From Nemertoderma westbladi (taxonomy: Eukaryota > Animalia > Xenacoelomorpha): a stretch of DNA of 64,000 nt. The stretch lies in NCBI GenBank assembly GCA_032718475.1, contig JAUCBJ010009143.1, positions 62,001 through 126,000 on the forward strand, given 5' to 3'. This document shows, piece by piece, positions 33,525-44,615 of this stretch (position 1 is the first letter of the stretch; each line of letters begins with the position of its first letter). Made by a program: the position numbers and the translations under genes. The notes beneath the pieces were generated by a model. That model worked only from the letters and a program-made list of their open reading frames with translations, made no database searches and was not told the DNA's origin.

Positions 33525-34353
33525 ATCTGCTATATATGAGTTTATCCATATTATAATGAGTCCACATTTAGGCGAGCGGGCGTCGCTGCCTACCCCAATC
33601 AACCCCCGGACAGTACGAGATCCTCAGCGCCGATGTGTCGTCGCCGCTGTACTTTCGCCAACGACGTAGCCGCACAACGACAACGACAACCGGCACAAGT
33701 CACTCAACTGTCCGTCCCAAAGGCTTAGATGTACTTCAGGTTTCCTTGGAGAGTTAGGTTACTCTACGATTGCGACTGGCTACTGTAAACACACCTTAGT
33801 AGTAACATTCGCCTATAAACTCACAAGTACCACACACACAACTTGTCACAAATTACACACACTCGGGTCACTTGTCCGTTAGTCAATGCCTTCCAGAATG
33901 TCACTGTATTATTATGTATCCTTGGATACTATCAGTGCACTATTTATTCCCTATGCTATTCAATGGGACAAGCTTTCTATTGTTCGTTTAACTCAATTCT
34001 AATTCTAGCGTGGTTGTTGCTATGGTGACATTATGCAAAGCTAGCGGTAGAATTAGGGTGATTCCAATGCATACAGATCTGGGATGTTATTTAATAGTAA
34101 TTCTTTAATAGTCAATGTCCTGTTTATACATGACTTTATGAATTTTATCGGCTATTGACTATGTTTGGGAGACTTTCACACTCTCATACGCATGATAAGA
34201 TAAATCTCCGCTCCCTTGATCTATTAATTAATGGAATTTTGGGAACTTTATAAATTGCGTAAAAATGGCAATTTATTAAATTCATTAAAAGGCATGAATT
34301 TAAATTGATTCCCTGAAATTTTATTATTTGATAATTAAATGGACATATTTGGA

Positions 34354-34660
34354 TTCCAGAACATGTCTGGGGACACAAGATCCTTAATTCTATGACAATT
34401 GTCTTTTTAAGAATATCGGTAAATACTACGATATCTTAATTGACTAGAATTATTGAAGGATCTGAATTTTACAGATTTTGATTTATTAGATTTTGTAAAT
34501 ATTAACTAATTAATATTTGAGATGGGCACCGATTTATTCCAGAACTTGTCTGGGGACGTTAACCACTGATTCTAGAATTTGTCTTTCAAGTATATCGGTG
34601 GGTGCCGCGATATCTTAATCGACTAGAATTACAGATGGTCAAAGGGTTTAACAGATTTAT
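34354..34660. repeat. Imperfect direct repeat, period about 183 bp, in the 3' region of C
   Basis: ttccagaac(a/t)tgtctggggac...tatcggt...cgatatcttaat(t/c)gactagaatta...acagattt at 34354 and 34537. Confidence 0.85.
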
Positions 34661-35157
34661 TTTGCGTTATACGCTACTGTTAAAGGGACATCACGCTACT
34701 ATATGTATTATTTAATATACGGTATGAGAGCAATATCGCACGAAGCAATGTCAGTGTGAAGAGGCAAGTCGTTTCCAAGGTCTACCCAGAGCTTGGTTTA
34801 GCCGAGACACGAGGATCTGAACTTTGCATTCCTAATACTCTGCCTACCAATAATACTAAATATAGTAGTGGCTTTATTGTACTTTAATAAGTACAGACAC
34901 TCCACCTTACTGTAGTTACGTATTTATAATATAATACGGACAGTAAGGAAAGAGAAAAATAATTATTTCTTCGCCGTCGCACTAAATATAATATAAGTAA
35001 GTATGTACATAATAAACACGAATATATTGCACTATTCTACAAAATAATCGCTAAATAATATTCTACTAAATTAAATAAAACGATTATAATAAAATTACAT
35101 AGTAATACAGACACAAATATAAAAATAATAATAATAATATAAAATAATAGAGTCACA

Positions 35158-35167
35158 CGCCCACTCC
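35158..35167 (-). promoter_or_regulatory. Putative PPT of element C
   Basis: GGAGTGGGCG followed by TGT, 8 nt after the stop codon. Confidence 0.5.
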
Positions 35168-35175
35168 GAACGATA

Positions 35176-38100
35176 TTAAGTTGGGGAGTCCCTAGATGTC
35201 GGCTGGACCAGGGAAGTGGTCGTGGGAAGAGTTTCTTGCCTTCCATAGTTTCCGGAGAGCTCTCTGTCTCTTTCCAGTAAACATAAACGTCCCACTGGGC
35301 GATTGAGCTGTTGAGTCTCAAAGACTATCCCTGGTTTCTTAAAGTTCCGCCGCATGACGACGAGCTCTACTGATCGCACCAAACCATCGCTCGAGATATA
35401 AGTCTCGATGATACGTCCTGTTTGCCATCGCTTACGTGGGAGATCGGGGTCCACAATAAGCACCATGTCTCCAGCGCTGACGTTTTCTTGCTGCGCAAAC
35501 CACTTAGTTCGAAGTTGTAGAGTGGGCAGGTAATGTTTCTCAAAATGGTCAGCGAAACGACGGGATAGCAACTGCATAAGTTGCCAGGTTCGACGGCAGT
35601 ACTCGTCTCCGTCTGTGATCTCCGATTGCGGGAGCATGGCTACGGGTTTCTTCAGTAGAAAGTGCGCGGGTGTTAGCGCTTCCAGGGAATCAGGATTTGA
35701 AGAGACTGGCATAAGCGGTCTTTCGTTGAGATAGGCGGCGATTTCCTCCATTAACGTCCGCAATAGTTCGTCGGTGAGATAAGCGCGACAAGGCACAATA
35801 AAGTGGAACGCAGTCTTCACGCTCCTAATCAATCTCTCCCAACTTCCTCCCCACCAAGGGGCGTCGGCGGCGTTGAAGGTCCAGCTAGACGCTGTTATCC
35901 TTAGCTGATCGTCCACCTGTCTTTTATTCCAGTCCTTTACGTAAGCTTGAATTTCGTTGTTGGCGCCAATGAAGTTCGTTCCCTTATCCGATCTCATCGT
36001 GTTACTGGTTCCGAAGCGAGCTATCTGTCGTCGTAAACTCAACACGAAGCTGTTGGTGGATAGATCGTTTACCATATCGAGATGGATAGCTCTACAAGTC
36101 ATACAAACGAAGATGACACACCATCTCTTGACTATAGTCCGGGCACGATATACTTCAATAGGGCCAAATAAATCCACACCGGTATTAGTAAAGGGTGGTT
36201 CATAGTAGCTTACTCTTTCCCTAGGTAATTCTGCCTCTCGCTGCGTTAAAGGCCTACTGAATGCTTTCCTACAGGGTATGCAGTTCCTAAGAACTTGGTT
36301 CAGAGCCCTACGGGGTTTATAAAAATAGTAGCGAGTTCGGATTTCGCTCAGAACCCGCTCTCTACCGGCATGGTACAGTTTGCTATGAACATCTACAATC
36401 ATCTTGATTTGTATATCAAGATTTCTAATGAGTATGGGAAACTTGGTGTCAAAGGATAACGGGGCGTTGGTGAGCCGACCTCCAACACGTATTAACCCAT
36501 CTATCATGGTACTAGAGAAGCGATCCCTTAAGCGCATCTGTGGATTTCTTAACAACAGGAAATACTTATCGGAATCCTCATAGCATTGTAGGAGTCTCAG
36601 CATCTGTTTGTTGGTTTCATCATGCTCCTGGTAGCTGATCTTCTCCTTTAGAAACCTGTGGGGTACCTTATATTGGGGAAGATCTTTAACAACATGGACT
36701 CGTGCAGATGTCGATGGAGCATCATCACTATTGGTCTTTGTTCCGGAGTAACGATGATGAAAACATCGTTTCAAATAGGTGACGGCCTTACAGAGCCGAT
36801 TCCAGGAACTGTAGTGACGTATGGCTCTCTGCAAGAGAGGTGAGAGTCCTTGTGAGATATCTGGTATTCCAGATTTCCAATCCTTGTCACGGATTTTCAA
36901 GACTTCTTTCGTCGTGGCGGTGGGTTTCTGATCCAAAGCATCATCTCCGGACGTAAATAATACAGATAGATCAACCGCAGGTTTAAACAACTTCGATTTA
37001 CTCGCTCGAGTTTTGGGTTTAACCTTTTCCGCTCCCTTGGCCTGTCTGATCTCTGCTGTTGTGAGATGGGGTGGCCATTCTTCTTCTTCTCGGTAGAGAA
37101 AGTCGGGTCCACCTAACCATTCGGGAGTATTTACCAATTCCTTTGGAGTCGCTCCTCGGGACGCGATGTCTGCTGGATTAATCGTTCCGGGGCAATGTCT
37201 CCATTGGTCCATCGTCGTGCGACTAAGTATGATGGCTACTCTGTTGGTAACGAAGACGCTGAACTGACAGACTTCATTGGTTATATACTCTAACACGAGT
37301 AAAGCGTCGGTCCAATATACAGTTTTCTCTAATGTATAGTCAATCTGTTCGGTTACATTCCGGCCGATGGCTGTAGCGTATAGAGCCGCTTTCAACTCCG
37401 CTCGAGGAACTTTCAACTTGTTGTTGATTAATGCCTTAGAAGTAACCAAGGCGACTTTGATTCCATCCGGAGTTTCCACTCTTAGGTAGGCTACTATACC
37501 GATTCCCATATCGCTGGCGTCTCCAAACACATGGAGTTGATAGGAATACGTAGGGAGAACATGACCAAAATATGAACGGGAAATTATAAACTCCTCGATC
37601 GCTGGTAGAGAATCTTCCCATTTCATCCACTGCTTCAGTAATTCCCCCTTAAGTGGATCGTCCCATGAGTGGTTTTCAAGCCACATTTGTTGTACTAAAC
37701 TACGAGCAATCAATATAACTGGGCTAATAAATCCCAATGGATCGAAATAGGTGCTCAGTATACTTAAGCAAATCCGTTTGGTTCGAACTGGATTATCTCG
37801 CTGCTTTAGTTGGAAAAACAGGATATCTCTCTCTGTGTCCCATTTCAAGCCGAGTGTCTTGGTTTCTGGCAGATCATCTTTGATCAAATCGAGATCTTTC
37901 GCTCCGCGATCTTCCGCAGGAATCGACTCCAGAAACTCACGGGAGTTGCTGGTGAATTTTGTTAATCGAAAACCACCTCTTTTTAAGCACTCTACCGTTC
38001 CCTTAGCGACCTCAATGGCTTCTTCAACTGGTGGGAGGGACTTCAGATTGTCGTCCATGTATATGTCTTTCTTGATATTGTCGATTACTTCCTTAGAGAA

Positions 38101-41100
38101 TGCCTCTCGATTGTCCTCTGCAGTAGTACGCACGACCGAACAGGCGTTGGAAGGGCTTGAGATTATCCCAAAGGCCTGGATGGTCATCCAGTACTCCACC
38201 GGTTTCTGGTTGAGGTCTCCTTCGGGCCACCATAGAAATCGTAAGCTATCTCGATCCCTATCCAACACTTTGACTTGCAAGAACATGCCTTCTATATCGG
38301 AGGCGAAAGCAATCGAATATTGTCTCAATCTTAAAAGAATTCCCAACAAAGATTGAAGTAAGTTGGGTCCGGGTAACAATTCAGAGTTAAGGGATTGACC
38401 CATGTAAAGAGCGGAGCCATCAAACACTACTCTCACTTCGTGTGGTTTACCGGGTTTCGGAACGTAATGGTGAGTTAAATAATACGTTCTTTCAGTCACA
38501 GGTGTTTCTTCCGGTACTCTCTCCGCATATCCCTTATTAATGAATTTTTCCAGCTGTGTTTGATACATCGCTTTAGCTGATGAATTAGCCGTAAGGCGTC
38601 GATGGAGTTGCGCGATCCTTTTTTCCGCCAAAGGTCTGTTATTGATGAACTTCGGTTCTTTCTTGCGGAAAGGTAAACCGACTTCATACCTACCTTGATC
38701 TTTGAGGAAACATGTAGTTGTCTCTTGGATCTGCTTGGCCCTTTCCTCTTCCACCGACAAGGCTTTGTCGTAGGAATTGGGCTCTACCGCCTCTTGCGTA
38801 AAGAATCGTACAGCATGTTCATCCCGAATCTTGGCATTATGACGTTCAATGACGTCATTTAACTCGTCGTTATAAGCTTCTCGTTCAGATGGATAGAGAA
38901 GTTGACATAAGTTAACTTGATTTTGCCAAGCCTCGTTTTCCTTAAGGAGATCGATGGTATTCTCCTCATCAAAAAGCTGGTGAACATCGTCGTTATCTGA
39001 GGAGTATGGAATTCCCTCAGTTGAATCGTCTCCCTCACTAGCATCATCTTCCCATTCACTCACCTTGTAGACTCTCTCTTGCGTTAGTCTTTCTCTGAGT
39101 GTTCTACGGGAAGGGCCAGTAAAGTACCAACCCACTCTAGTTCTTACCGCATAGGTCTGTAGGGGCTGCGGTTGAGCAGGCCGTTTCTCTAACGTCTCCA
39201 GCGCCTCATGCGCGTTTTGGCCGATGAGTATTTGCACTCCAGGATAATCAGTCTGGAATCGAGGTATGTTCAGATGTTGGATGCTCTCATCCTCGTCCCA
39301 ATCATAAAGGTCTGCTTGAGTAGTAGCGAAGTTCTTTATAGCCACCATTTTCACTGACCTTATGCTGTGTTCTCCTAGTTCGTCTTGTGGGGTGGACAAC
39401 GCGCCTACATAATAATCAGCTGTTATTGTAGATTTCCAAACTTGCATTATGCCAGACATGTTGAGCTTAGTTTGGAACTTGGGTTGTCCAGCAAATATAT
39501 CTTCGGCTAACTCTTTATCGATGAATGTTCCTGTGCTGCCGGAGTCCAGGAGGGCGTTCACTACATAACTCCTCTTAGGTCTGTGAACCCTTACTTGCAC
39601 CACAGGAAACTCTCGGATCCCTACATTGGAGGATGTCTCTTTCCAAGGTGGTTGTCGTTCAGAAGTAGTTAGAGTAAAGTCGTTCTCTGTATCTTTCTCA
39701 TATGTCAGTGCTCGATACACTGCGGTATTTATCATGTAACAGGATTCGTTTTCGTCAGAGAACTCGTCTGTATAGAATCCTTCCATCTCAGATTGATCAG
39801 TGTCGTTCACATCACTGAATTGGACATGTAACTCGGAATCACTTACCTGATTCGGACTATTTCGATCGAATTCAGCGTGCAACAAGGTATGATGTTTCGC
39901 ACCACACTTTGCACACCTTATGTCTGAGAAACAGGTTCGTCGTTGGTGTCCTTGTCTGAGGCAATTATAACATAACCGCTTATCCCACATGACTTCGCGT
40001 CTCTCCGTTAATGATTTCTTTAGAAATTCATCACACCTATTCAAATAGTGGGTCCCGTCGCACAGTGCACATTTTGGTTTGATGTTACTTACCTTATTTT
40101 GAGTCACATTGTGTACACTTGCCTTTTCTTCGGGCTTTCTCACCTGAATTCTCTTGGGAGACGTGGGAGGAGTTTTTCTTACTTGTTCTCTCCTGTCATT
40201 TGTTCGAGACTTGAATTTACTTACCTGATCTTTAGGCATTTTATTCACGTAATAAGATCTATCCGTGTCCTTCCCGCTATCTTCTCCTTGTGAAGTCTGG
40301 CTTTCGCCGTCATCTGTATAACATACTGGGGTTATTTTTCTCCTAGAGACGGGTTTTTCACTTACCTTGTTTTCCGGTGTTTTCTCCCTAGACAGTTTCA
40401 GGAGCTGTAATTTCACTTCTCCATCCAAGAATGACATGAGATCAGCCATGGTAGGGTCTCGTCGCTGTTGTTCCATCATATAAAGTACTTTCTTATCCCA
40501 GCGTGTGCCTACCCCACCTTTCGGTAAAGTAGAAGCCACAGCTCCAATGACCATAGAACTTTGGTATTCATGAGACTTACCTAACCAATCTAATTGTCTA
40601 CAGATCTCTTGAATCTCATCGGAAAACTCTATTATCCCACTGCTGATGAACTTTCTGGGCGCTACTAATTTTGCATATAAATACTTAGCGATATTATTCC
40701 TATTACCATACCTGATGTTTAGTATATCCCAAACTTGTCTTAATCCGTCTGGATGGCCAATAAACTTTAACGCCATTAACTTGGGAGATCCTTCCAAGCA
40801 CTCGATGAGGTATCTAAGTTTTTCTCCATTAGATAGTACAGAGTTCTGTATGTTATCTTTGTAATATTCATTAAAAGGTAACCATTTCATCTCATCTCCG
40901 TTGAACTTGACGATCTCTCCAACCTTTACCGCTTGCCGGGCTTCGGTTCTAGCCATTTGACGCGTAAAACTTTCTTGGGCCATTGTGCTATTTAATATCG
41001 AGTTATCGGTATATAAATTTCTCGGATTATGATCCGGTCTATAGAGAATATCACTATCAACAGGTCTATAATTACCCTTAACAGGGTTCACTATAGGAGT

Positions 41101-43242
41101 TTCTACTTCGCTAGCAGTATAGATGCGTGTAGGCTCCACACCTTGCGCATGAGAGACTTCAGACCTAACGGGTTGACACATTGTTACAGAGGGTGGTGGT
41201 ATACCCTTTTGTGTGTTTACTAATTTATCGCGCTCTAGCGCGATACTTTGCTGCACTTCTTGCAACTCTAGCCTACTTTCCCTTACTGTGCCCTTGAACT
41301 GCTGGACAGTCTCCTGCATCTGTCCGAGCAGGATATCCATCCCCCGCCGTCTCTCGTCCACCCATTCGACCGCCGAAGCGGGAGTCGCCAACGTTGTAGC
41401 GGGCGGACGAGGGACAACGGGCGACAAATTGTGAATATTTCGCTCGGGGTCCAGGACCTGAACTGTCTCTTGGGCAGTTCTGCGGGGCACAGGTAGCTTA
41501 GTGCTATGCAGAGGGAATTTAGAGGTAGTTTCAGGGAGCACATGTGCGTCTCTCCCCGAAGGGGTGATTTCAAGAACAGGCCTAATTATTTCAGGCTCAT
41601 CTACTATCGTAGGGAGTCTTTCTATTTTAATTATTTGGTCTGCGGGCTCTGTACTACCTACTTTGGTGTTATTTAGTTGCCTTCTAACAGCTGGAGGCAA
41701 ATCAGGCAATTTCTGCCGGTGGAATGTTCTTTTGTGTCTGCTTAGACGAGATCTATTTCCTTTGCCTTCAGTATCGGTGGTATCGCCTTCTTCAGATGAT
41801 GTATATCCCTGTCTTTTGGGAGTAGATCGATTCATCATCCGCATATTACTAGCTGTTAACTGTTTACTGAAGTCGTCTTGCTTCTCTTGAAGCGTTTCCA
41901 ACTCCAGTTGGGCGATCTCTTCAGCCGCTTTCCGTTCTGCTTCTGCTGCTGCCGCTTTTGCCTCTGCCGCTGCCGCTTTTACCTCTGCCGCTGCTTCTGC
42001 TGCTTTTGCCTCTGCCGCTGCTTCTGCTGCTGCCGCTTTTGCCTCTGCCTCTGCTTTTGCTGCGGCCTTTCTGTCTTCTATACGTTTTTTCTTTACTTGT
42101 TCTTCTTGTTCTCTAACGATGCGGAGTTGTTCATCGAATTTAGCTTGGTTCGCCGCTAACCTATCCACATCAATCGCATCTAACACAAGTTTGGCTCCTT
42201 CGCTATTAGGGCTAAGTCCCTCTAGCCTTCTCCTCAACTCTTCATCTCCCACAAAACGCTGATAGTCTGACAGATAGATATCAATGGCATCCTTCTTATG
42301 CGGTTTCTCTGCCGTCGCTTCACTTTCCACTTGGGAAAAAGTAGCGTCTGTTGATTCTCCATGGGTTGAGCGCTCATCCAACTGAGCCTTCCACTGAGCT
42401 GCTCCCTGAACCTGGCGACTCACCCGTTGAAACCAAGTCTTTACGGCAACTTGCAACGACGTGTCTTGTTTTCTTTTAGAAGCCTCCTCAAAGGCGGATA
42501 AGATTAGCCTAATCCGCAGAACTCTTTCTCTAACTTGATAAAGCAGCGATCCCTGCTCTTGAGGTCCTTGAGGTTGTTGAAAAAGTTGCTTTTCTATTCG
42601 CTCCATAGAGCTGAAGAATCCCTGTGCGTATCCGGCTGCGGACCTCTTCCACACAGCTGGATCGATGGTTTCCTTGGCTACTCCCATCCTGTGTATGTCT
42701 TCCCAGGCAGCTTCTGATAAATCAAACGGGAGTCCGGGTCCGGGGAAGTTCCATTGCAACTCGACAATAGACTTCAGTTCTTCACTAGTGTAGCCCGCGT
42801 AGCTATCTCTAGTTGACCGTTGACTTCTCGCCCAATCGATCTGGTGTTCTTCCACCGCGATCAATAACCCAGCGAGCACGGCTGCAGGAAGGATGAGAAG
42901 GGGATCCGTATAAACCGCATCCGTCATCTCTGCTCCGCTCTCGGGTGTCAGCTCTACAGTATCCTCACTACCGGAGCTGCTGGGCCGCTGAGTAATAAGT
43001 TCTTGACTAGCGGGTTGTTGCTGTTCCGCTGCTTGTTGGTCCCGCTTGACCTGAGCTCGAGTGCCTATGATAGACCTACGATGTTGAACTAGCCTAGGTT
43101 CTGTTATTACTACTGGAGGGATGACCTTCCTCACAGTGGGAGGTGAACTGGATTTACGACCAGACGTTTGTACGTCTCTATCTGAGTCGCAGATAGTTAC
43201 ATCTAATAAACTGTCTGACAGGTTCTGCTTAGTATCAGACAT
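35176..43242 (-). CDS. gag-pol: Gag-Pol polyprotein of BEL/Pao element C (2688 aa)
   Basis: DUF1759-like gag (KFNGDEMKWLPF...EKLRYL), three Cys-His knuckles, protease LLDSGST, RT SDIEGMF/YMDD, RNase H FGDAS, integrase DLFGP/SDKGTNF/WERLI; long N-terminal extension with an Ala/Glu/Lys repeat. Confidence 0.96.
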   Translation of the reverse strand: MSDTKQNLSDSLLDVTICDSDRDVQTSGRKSSSPPTVRKVIPPVVITEPRLVQHRRSIIGTRAQVKRDQQAAEQQQPASQELITQRPSSSGSEDTVELTPESGAEMTDAVYTDPLLILPAAVLAGLLIAVEEHQIDWARSQRSTRDSYAGYTSEELKSIVELQWNFPGPGLPFDLSEAAWEDIHRMGVAKETIDPAVWKRSAAGYAQGFFSSMERIEKQLFQQPQGPQEQGSLLYQVRERVLRIRLILSAFEEASKRKQDTSLQVAVKTWFQRVSRQVQGAAQWKAQLDERSTHGESTDATFSQVESEATAEKPHKKDAIDIYLSDYQRFVGDEELRRRLEGLSPNSEGAKLVLDAIDVDRLAANQAKFDEQLRIVREQEEQVKKKRIEDRKAAAKAEAEAKAAAAEAAAEAKAAEAAAEVKAAAAEAKAAAAEAERKAAEEIAQLELETLQEKQDDFSKQLTASNMRMMNRSTPKRQGYTSSEEGDTTDTEGKGNRSRLSRHKRTFHRQKLPDLPPAVRRQLNNTKVGSTEPADQIIKIERLPTIVDEPEIIRPVLEITPSGRDAHVLPETTSKFPLHSTKLPVPRRTAQETVQVLDPERNIHNLSPVVPRPPATTLATPASAVEWVDERRRGMDILLGQMQETVQQFKGTVRESRLELQEVQQSIALERDKLVNTQKGIPPPSVTMCQPVRSEVSHAQGVEPTRIYTASEVETPIVNPVKGNYRPVDSDILYRPDHNPRNLYTDNSILNSTMAQESFTRQMARTEARQAVKVGEIVKFNGDEMKWLPFNEYYKDNIQNSVLSNGEKLRYLIECLEGSPKLMALKFIGHPDGLRQVWDILNIRYGNRNNIAKYLYAKLVAPRKFISSGIIEFSDEIQEICRQLDWLGKSHEYQSSMVIGAVASTLPKGGVGTRWDKKVLYMMEQQRRDPTMADLMSFLDGEVKLQLLKLSREKTPENKVSEKPVSRRKITPVCYTDDGESQTSQGEDSGKDTDRSYYVNKMPKDQVSKFKSRTNDRREQVRKTPPTSPKRIQVRKPEEKASVHNVTQNKVSNIKPKCALCDGTHYLNRCDEFLKKSLTERREVMWDKRLCYNCLRQGHQRRTCFSDIRCAKCGAKHHTLLHAEFDRNSPNQVSDSELHVQFSDVNDTDQSEMEGFYTDEFSDENESCYMINTAVYRALTYEKDTENDFTLTTSERQPPWKETSSNVGIREFPVVQVRVHRPKRSYVVNALLDSGSTGTFIDKELAEDIFAGQPKFQTKLNMSGIMQVWKSTITADYYVGALSTPQDELGEHSIRSVKMVAIKNFATTQADLYDWDEDESIQHLNIPRFQTDYPGVQILIGQNAHEALETLEKRPAQPQPLQTYAVRTRVGWYFTGPSRRTLRERLTQERVYKVSEWEDDASEGDDSTEGIPYSSDNDDVHQLFDEENTIDLLKENEAWQNQVNLCQLLYPSEREAYNDELNDVIERHNAKIRDEHAVRFFTQEAVEPNSYDKALSVEEERAKQIQETTTCFLKDQGRYEVGLPFRKKEPKFINNRPLAEKRIAQLHRRLTANSSAKAMYQTQLEKFINKGYAERVPEETPVTERTYYLTHHYVPKPGKPHEVRVVFDGSALYMGQSLNSELLPGPNLLQSLLGILLRLRQYSIAFASDIEGMFLQVKVLDRDRDSLRFLWWPEGDLNQKPVEYWMTIQAFGIISSPSNACSVVRTTAEDNREAFSKEVIDNIKKDIYMDDNLKSLPPVEEAIEVAKGTVECLKRGGFRLTKFTSNSREFLESIPAEDRGAKDLDLIKDDLPETKTLGLKWDTERDILFFQLKQRDNPVRTKRICLSILSTYFDPLGFISPVILIARSLVQQMWLENHSWDDPLKGELLKQWMKWEDSLPAIEEFIISRSYFGHVLPTYSYQLHVFGDASDMGIGIVAYLRVETPDGIKVALVTSKALINNKLKVPRAELKAALYATAIGRNVTEQIDYTLEKTVYWTDALLVLEYITNEVCQFSVFVTNRVAIILSRTTMDQWRHCPGTINPADIASRGATPKELVNTPEWLGGPDFLYREEEEWPPHLTTAEIRQAKGAEKVKPKTRASKSKLFKPAVDLSVLFTSGDDALDQKPTATTKEVLKIRDKDWKSGIPDISQGLSPLLQRAIRHYSSWNRLCKAVTYLKRCFHHRYSGTKTNSDDAPSTSARVHVVKDLPQYKVPHRFLKEKISYQEHDETNKQMLRLLQCYEDSDKYFLLLRNPQMRLRDRFSSTMIDGLIRVGGRLTNAPLSFDTKFPILIRNLDIQIKMIVDVHSKLYHAGRERVLSEIRTRYYFYKPRRALNQVLRNCIPCRKAFSRPLTQREAELPRERVSYYEPPFTNTGVDLFGPIEVYRARTIVKRWCVIFVCMTCRAIHLDMVNDLSTNSFVLSLRRQIARFGTSNTMRSDKGTNFIGANNEIQAYVKDWNKRQVDDQLRITASSWTFNAADAPWWGGSWERLIRSVKTAFHFIVPCRAYLTDELLRTLMEEIAAYLNERPLMPVSSNPDSLEALTPAHFLLKKPVAMLPQSEITDGDEYCRRTWQLMQLLSRRFADHFEKHYLPTLQLRTKWFAQQENVSAGDMVLIVDPDLPRKRWQTGRIIETYISSDGLVRSVELVVMRRNFKKPGIVFETQQLNRPVGRLCLLERDRELSGNYGRQETLPTTTSLVQPTSRDSPT

Positions 43243-44615
43243 GACTATGTATACCGTTGAATGTCTACTGCTGTATTACAGTCTGAGTAAGTCTAGTAAC
43301 TCAGTATTACCTGCTAGCCTAGTAATTAATTACCGGTACTGCTACTCAGTGTAGCGTGATATATATAATATATTAGAATACCGGTATACTTATAGTATAT
43401 ATAACTATATAAGTATTATTACAGACTAGGTTTATCACAGAATACCGGTATAATTTTAGCACAAATATATATAAATATATAATAGGCCTATCGGAATACC
43501 GGTATACAGCTTACAGTTTGTAGGATATATAATTCTGAAATAGAATTAATTACAAGTACCGGTATAATTTCAGCCTAGATTTATAGAAATAAAAATAATA
43601 GGCCTATCGTAAATACCGGTATATCAATTATTTTAAATAATTGAATTTCTGAATTTTAGGGTTACTTGGTTACTTTACTTACTTTATTACCGTTATTTGA
43701 GCAGTAATCCAAATGATATTGAGACCTAATGGTTGTAAGGTAGGCCTACGATTTATAAATCGTTAGATTTGATTTATAATTATATATACCCGTTTTAATG
43801 GGTTTTGTCAATGTTTGAAATAAATGTTATTATTTCTGGGGAGTAATCACTACACAAAGCGGTGCGCTTTCAGTGAAGTGTTACGTACAGGACACTAAAA
43901 CAAATAATACTAATTTACCTAAGTTACTTAATACTACAAATTACGTACAATTTGGGTTGAGATTACAATCTCTAAATAAACACAAAATTTTACAAAAACA
44001 CAAATACGAATTTTTAGGGTAATTTTACAAGAAGTCTACAAACCAGCCTAACAAAGGGTTAGAAAACTGGTTATTACAACGGACAGGGTACTACGGTATT
44101 TGAAATAATAAGTAGTAGTAAATACACTGCGTTGTCCAGATAGGAAAATACCACCGCCTGACGACCTATAGCCGTATCGCTATAGGTTCTACGTTATGTA
44201 TCACGGAGTGTTCCTACCTAGAAGTTAATAGAGCTAATCGAATGTGCCTATCAACCACTTTACAACACAAATATAATGCCTACAATAATTACTTCGGAAA
44301 GTACGGTACACTAAACCCTAAATTAGGTACGAGTACTTGTATAACAAATAATCAGTAGTTAAATATACTTGAACAGCTAAAAGAACCACGGCATCTGCTG
44401 GAGTGACCGATGCACAAAATCACCAGTCTTTACCTACGCCGAGCAGCCCGTGTAGTACCGAGGTTAATTTAACTATAGCGGTATGTATAACAAACACAAT
44501 TACTGTAGGAACAAACTTGGGGACTTGAATGTTGCGAATAATCGCATAAACTCTGAATAATAAATATTACGCTACGCGTACAAACTACTCAAACAAAATA
44601 CAGACCGAACACTGA

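Larger units (their letters stand above)
31805..35157 (-). other. Putative remainder (U3) of a about 4.2-kb 3' LTR of C, or a long 3' untranslated region
   Basis: No PPT at 31805; the best PPT-TG junction seen is GGAGTGGGCG|TGTGAC at 35167-35152, just after the pol stop. Confidence 0.55.

Noticed and set aside
31805-35157. Possible env gene in the 3' region of C
   Set aside because: No long ORF, signal peptide plus transmembrane pattern, or fusion-protein motif is visible.
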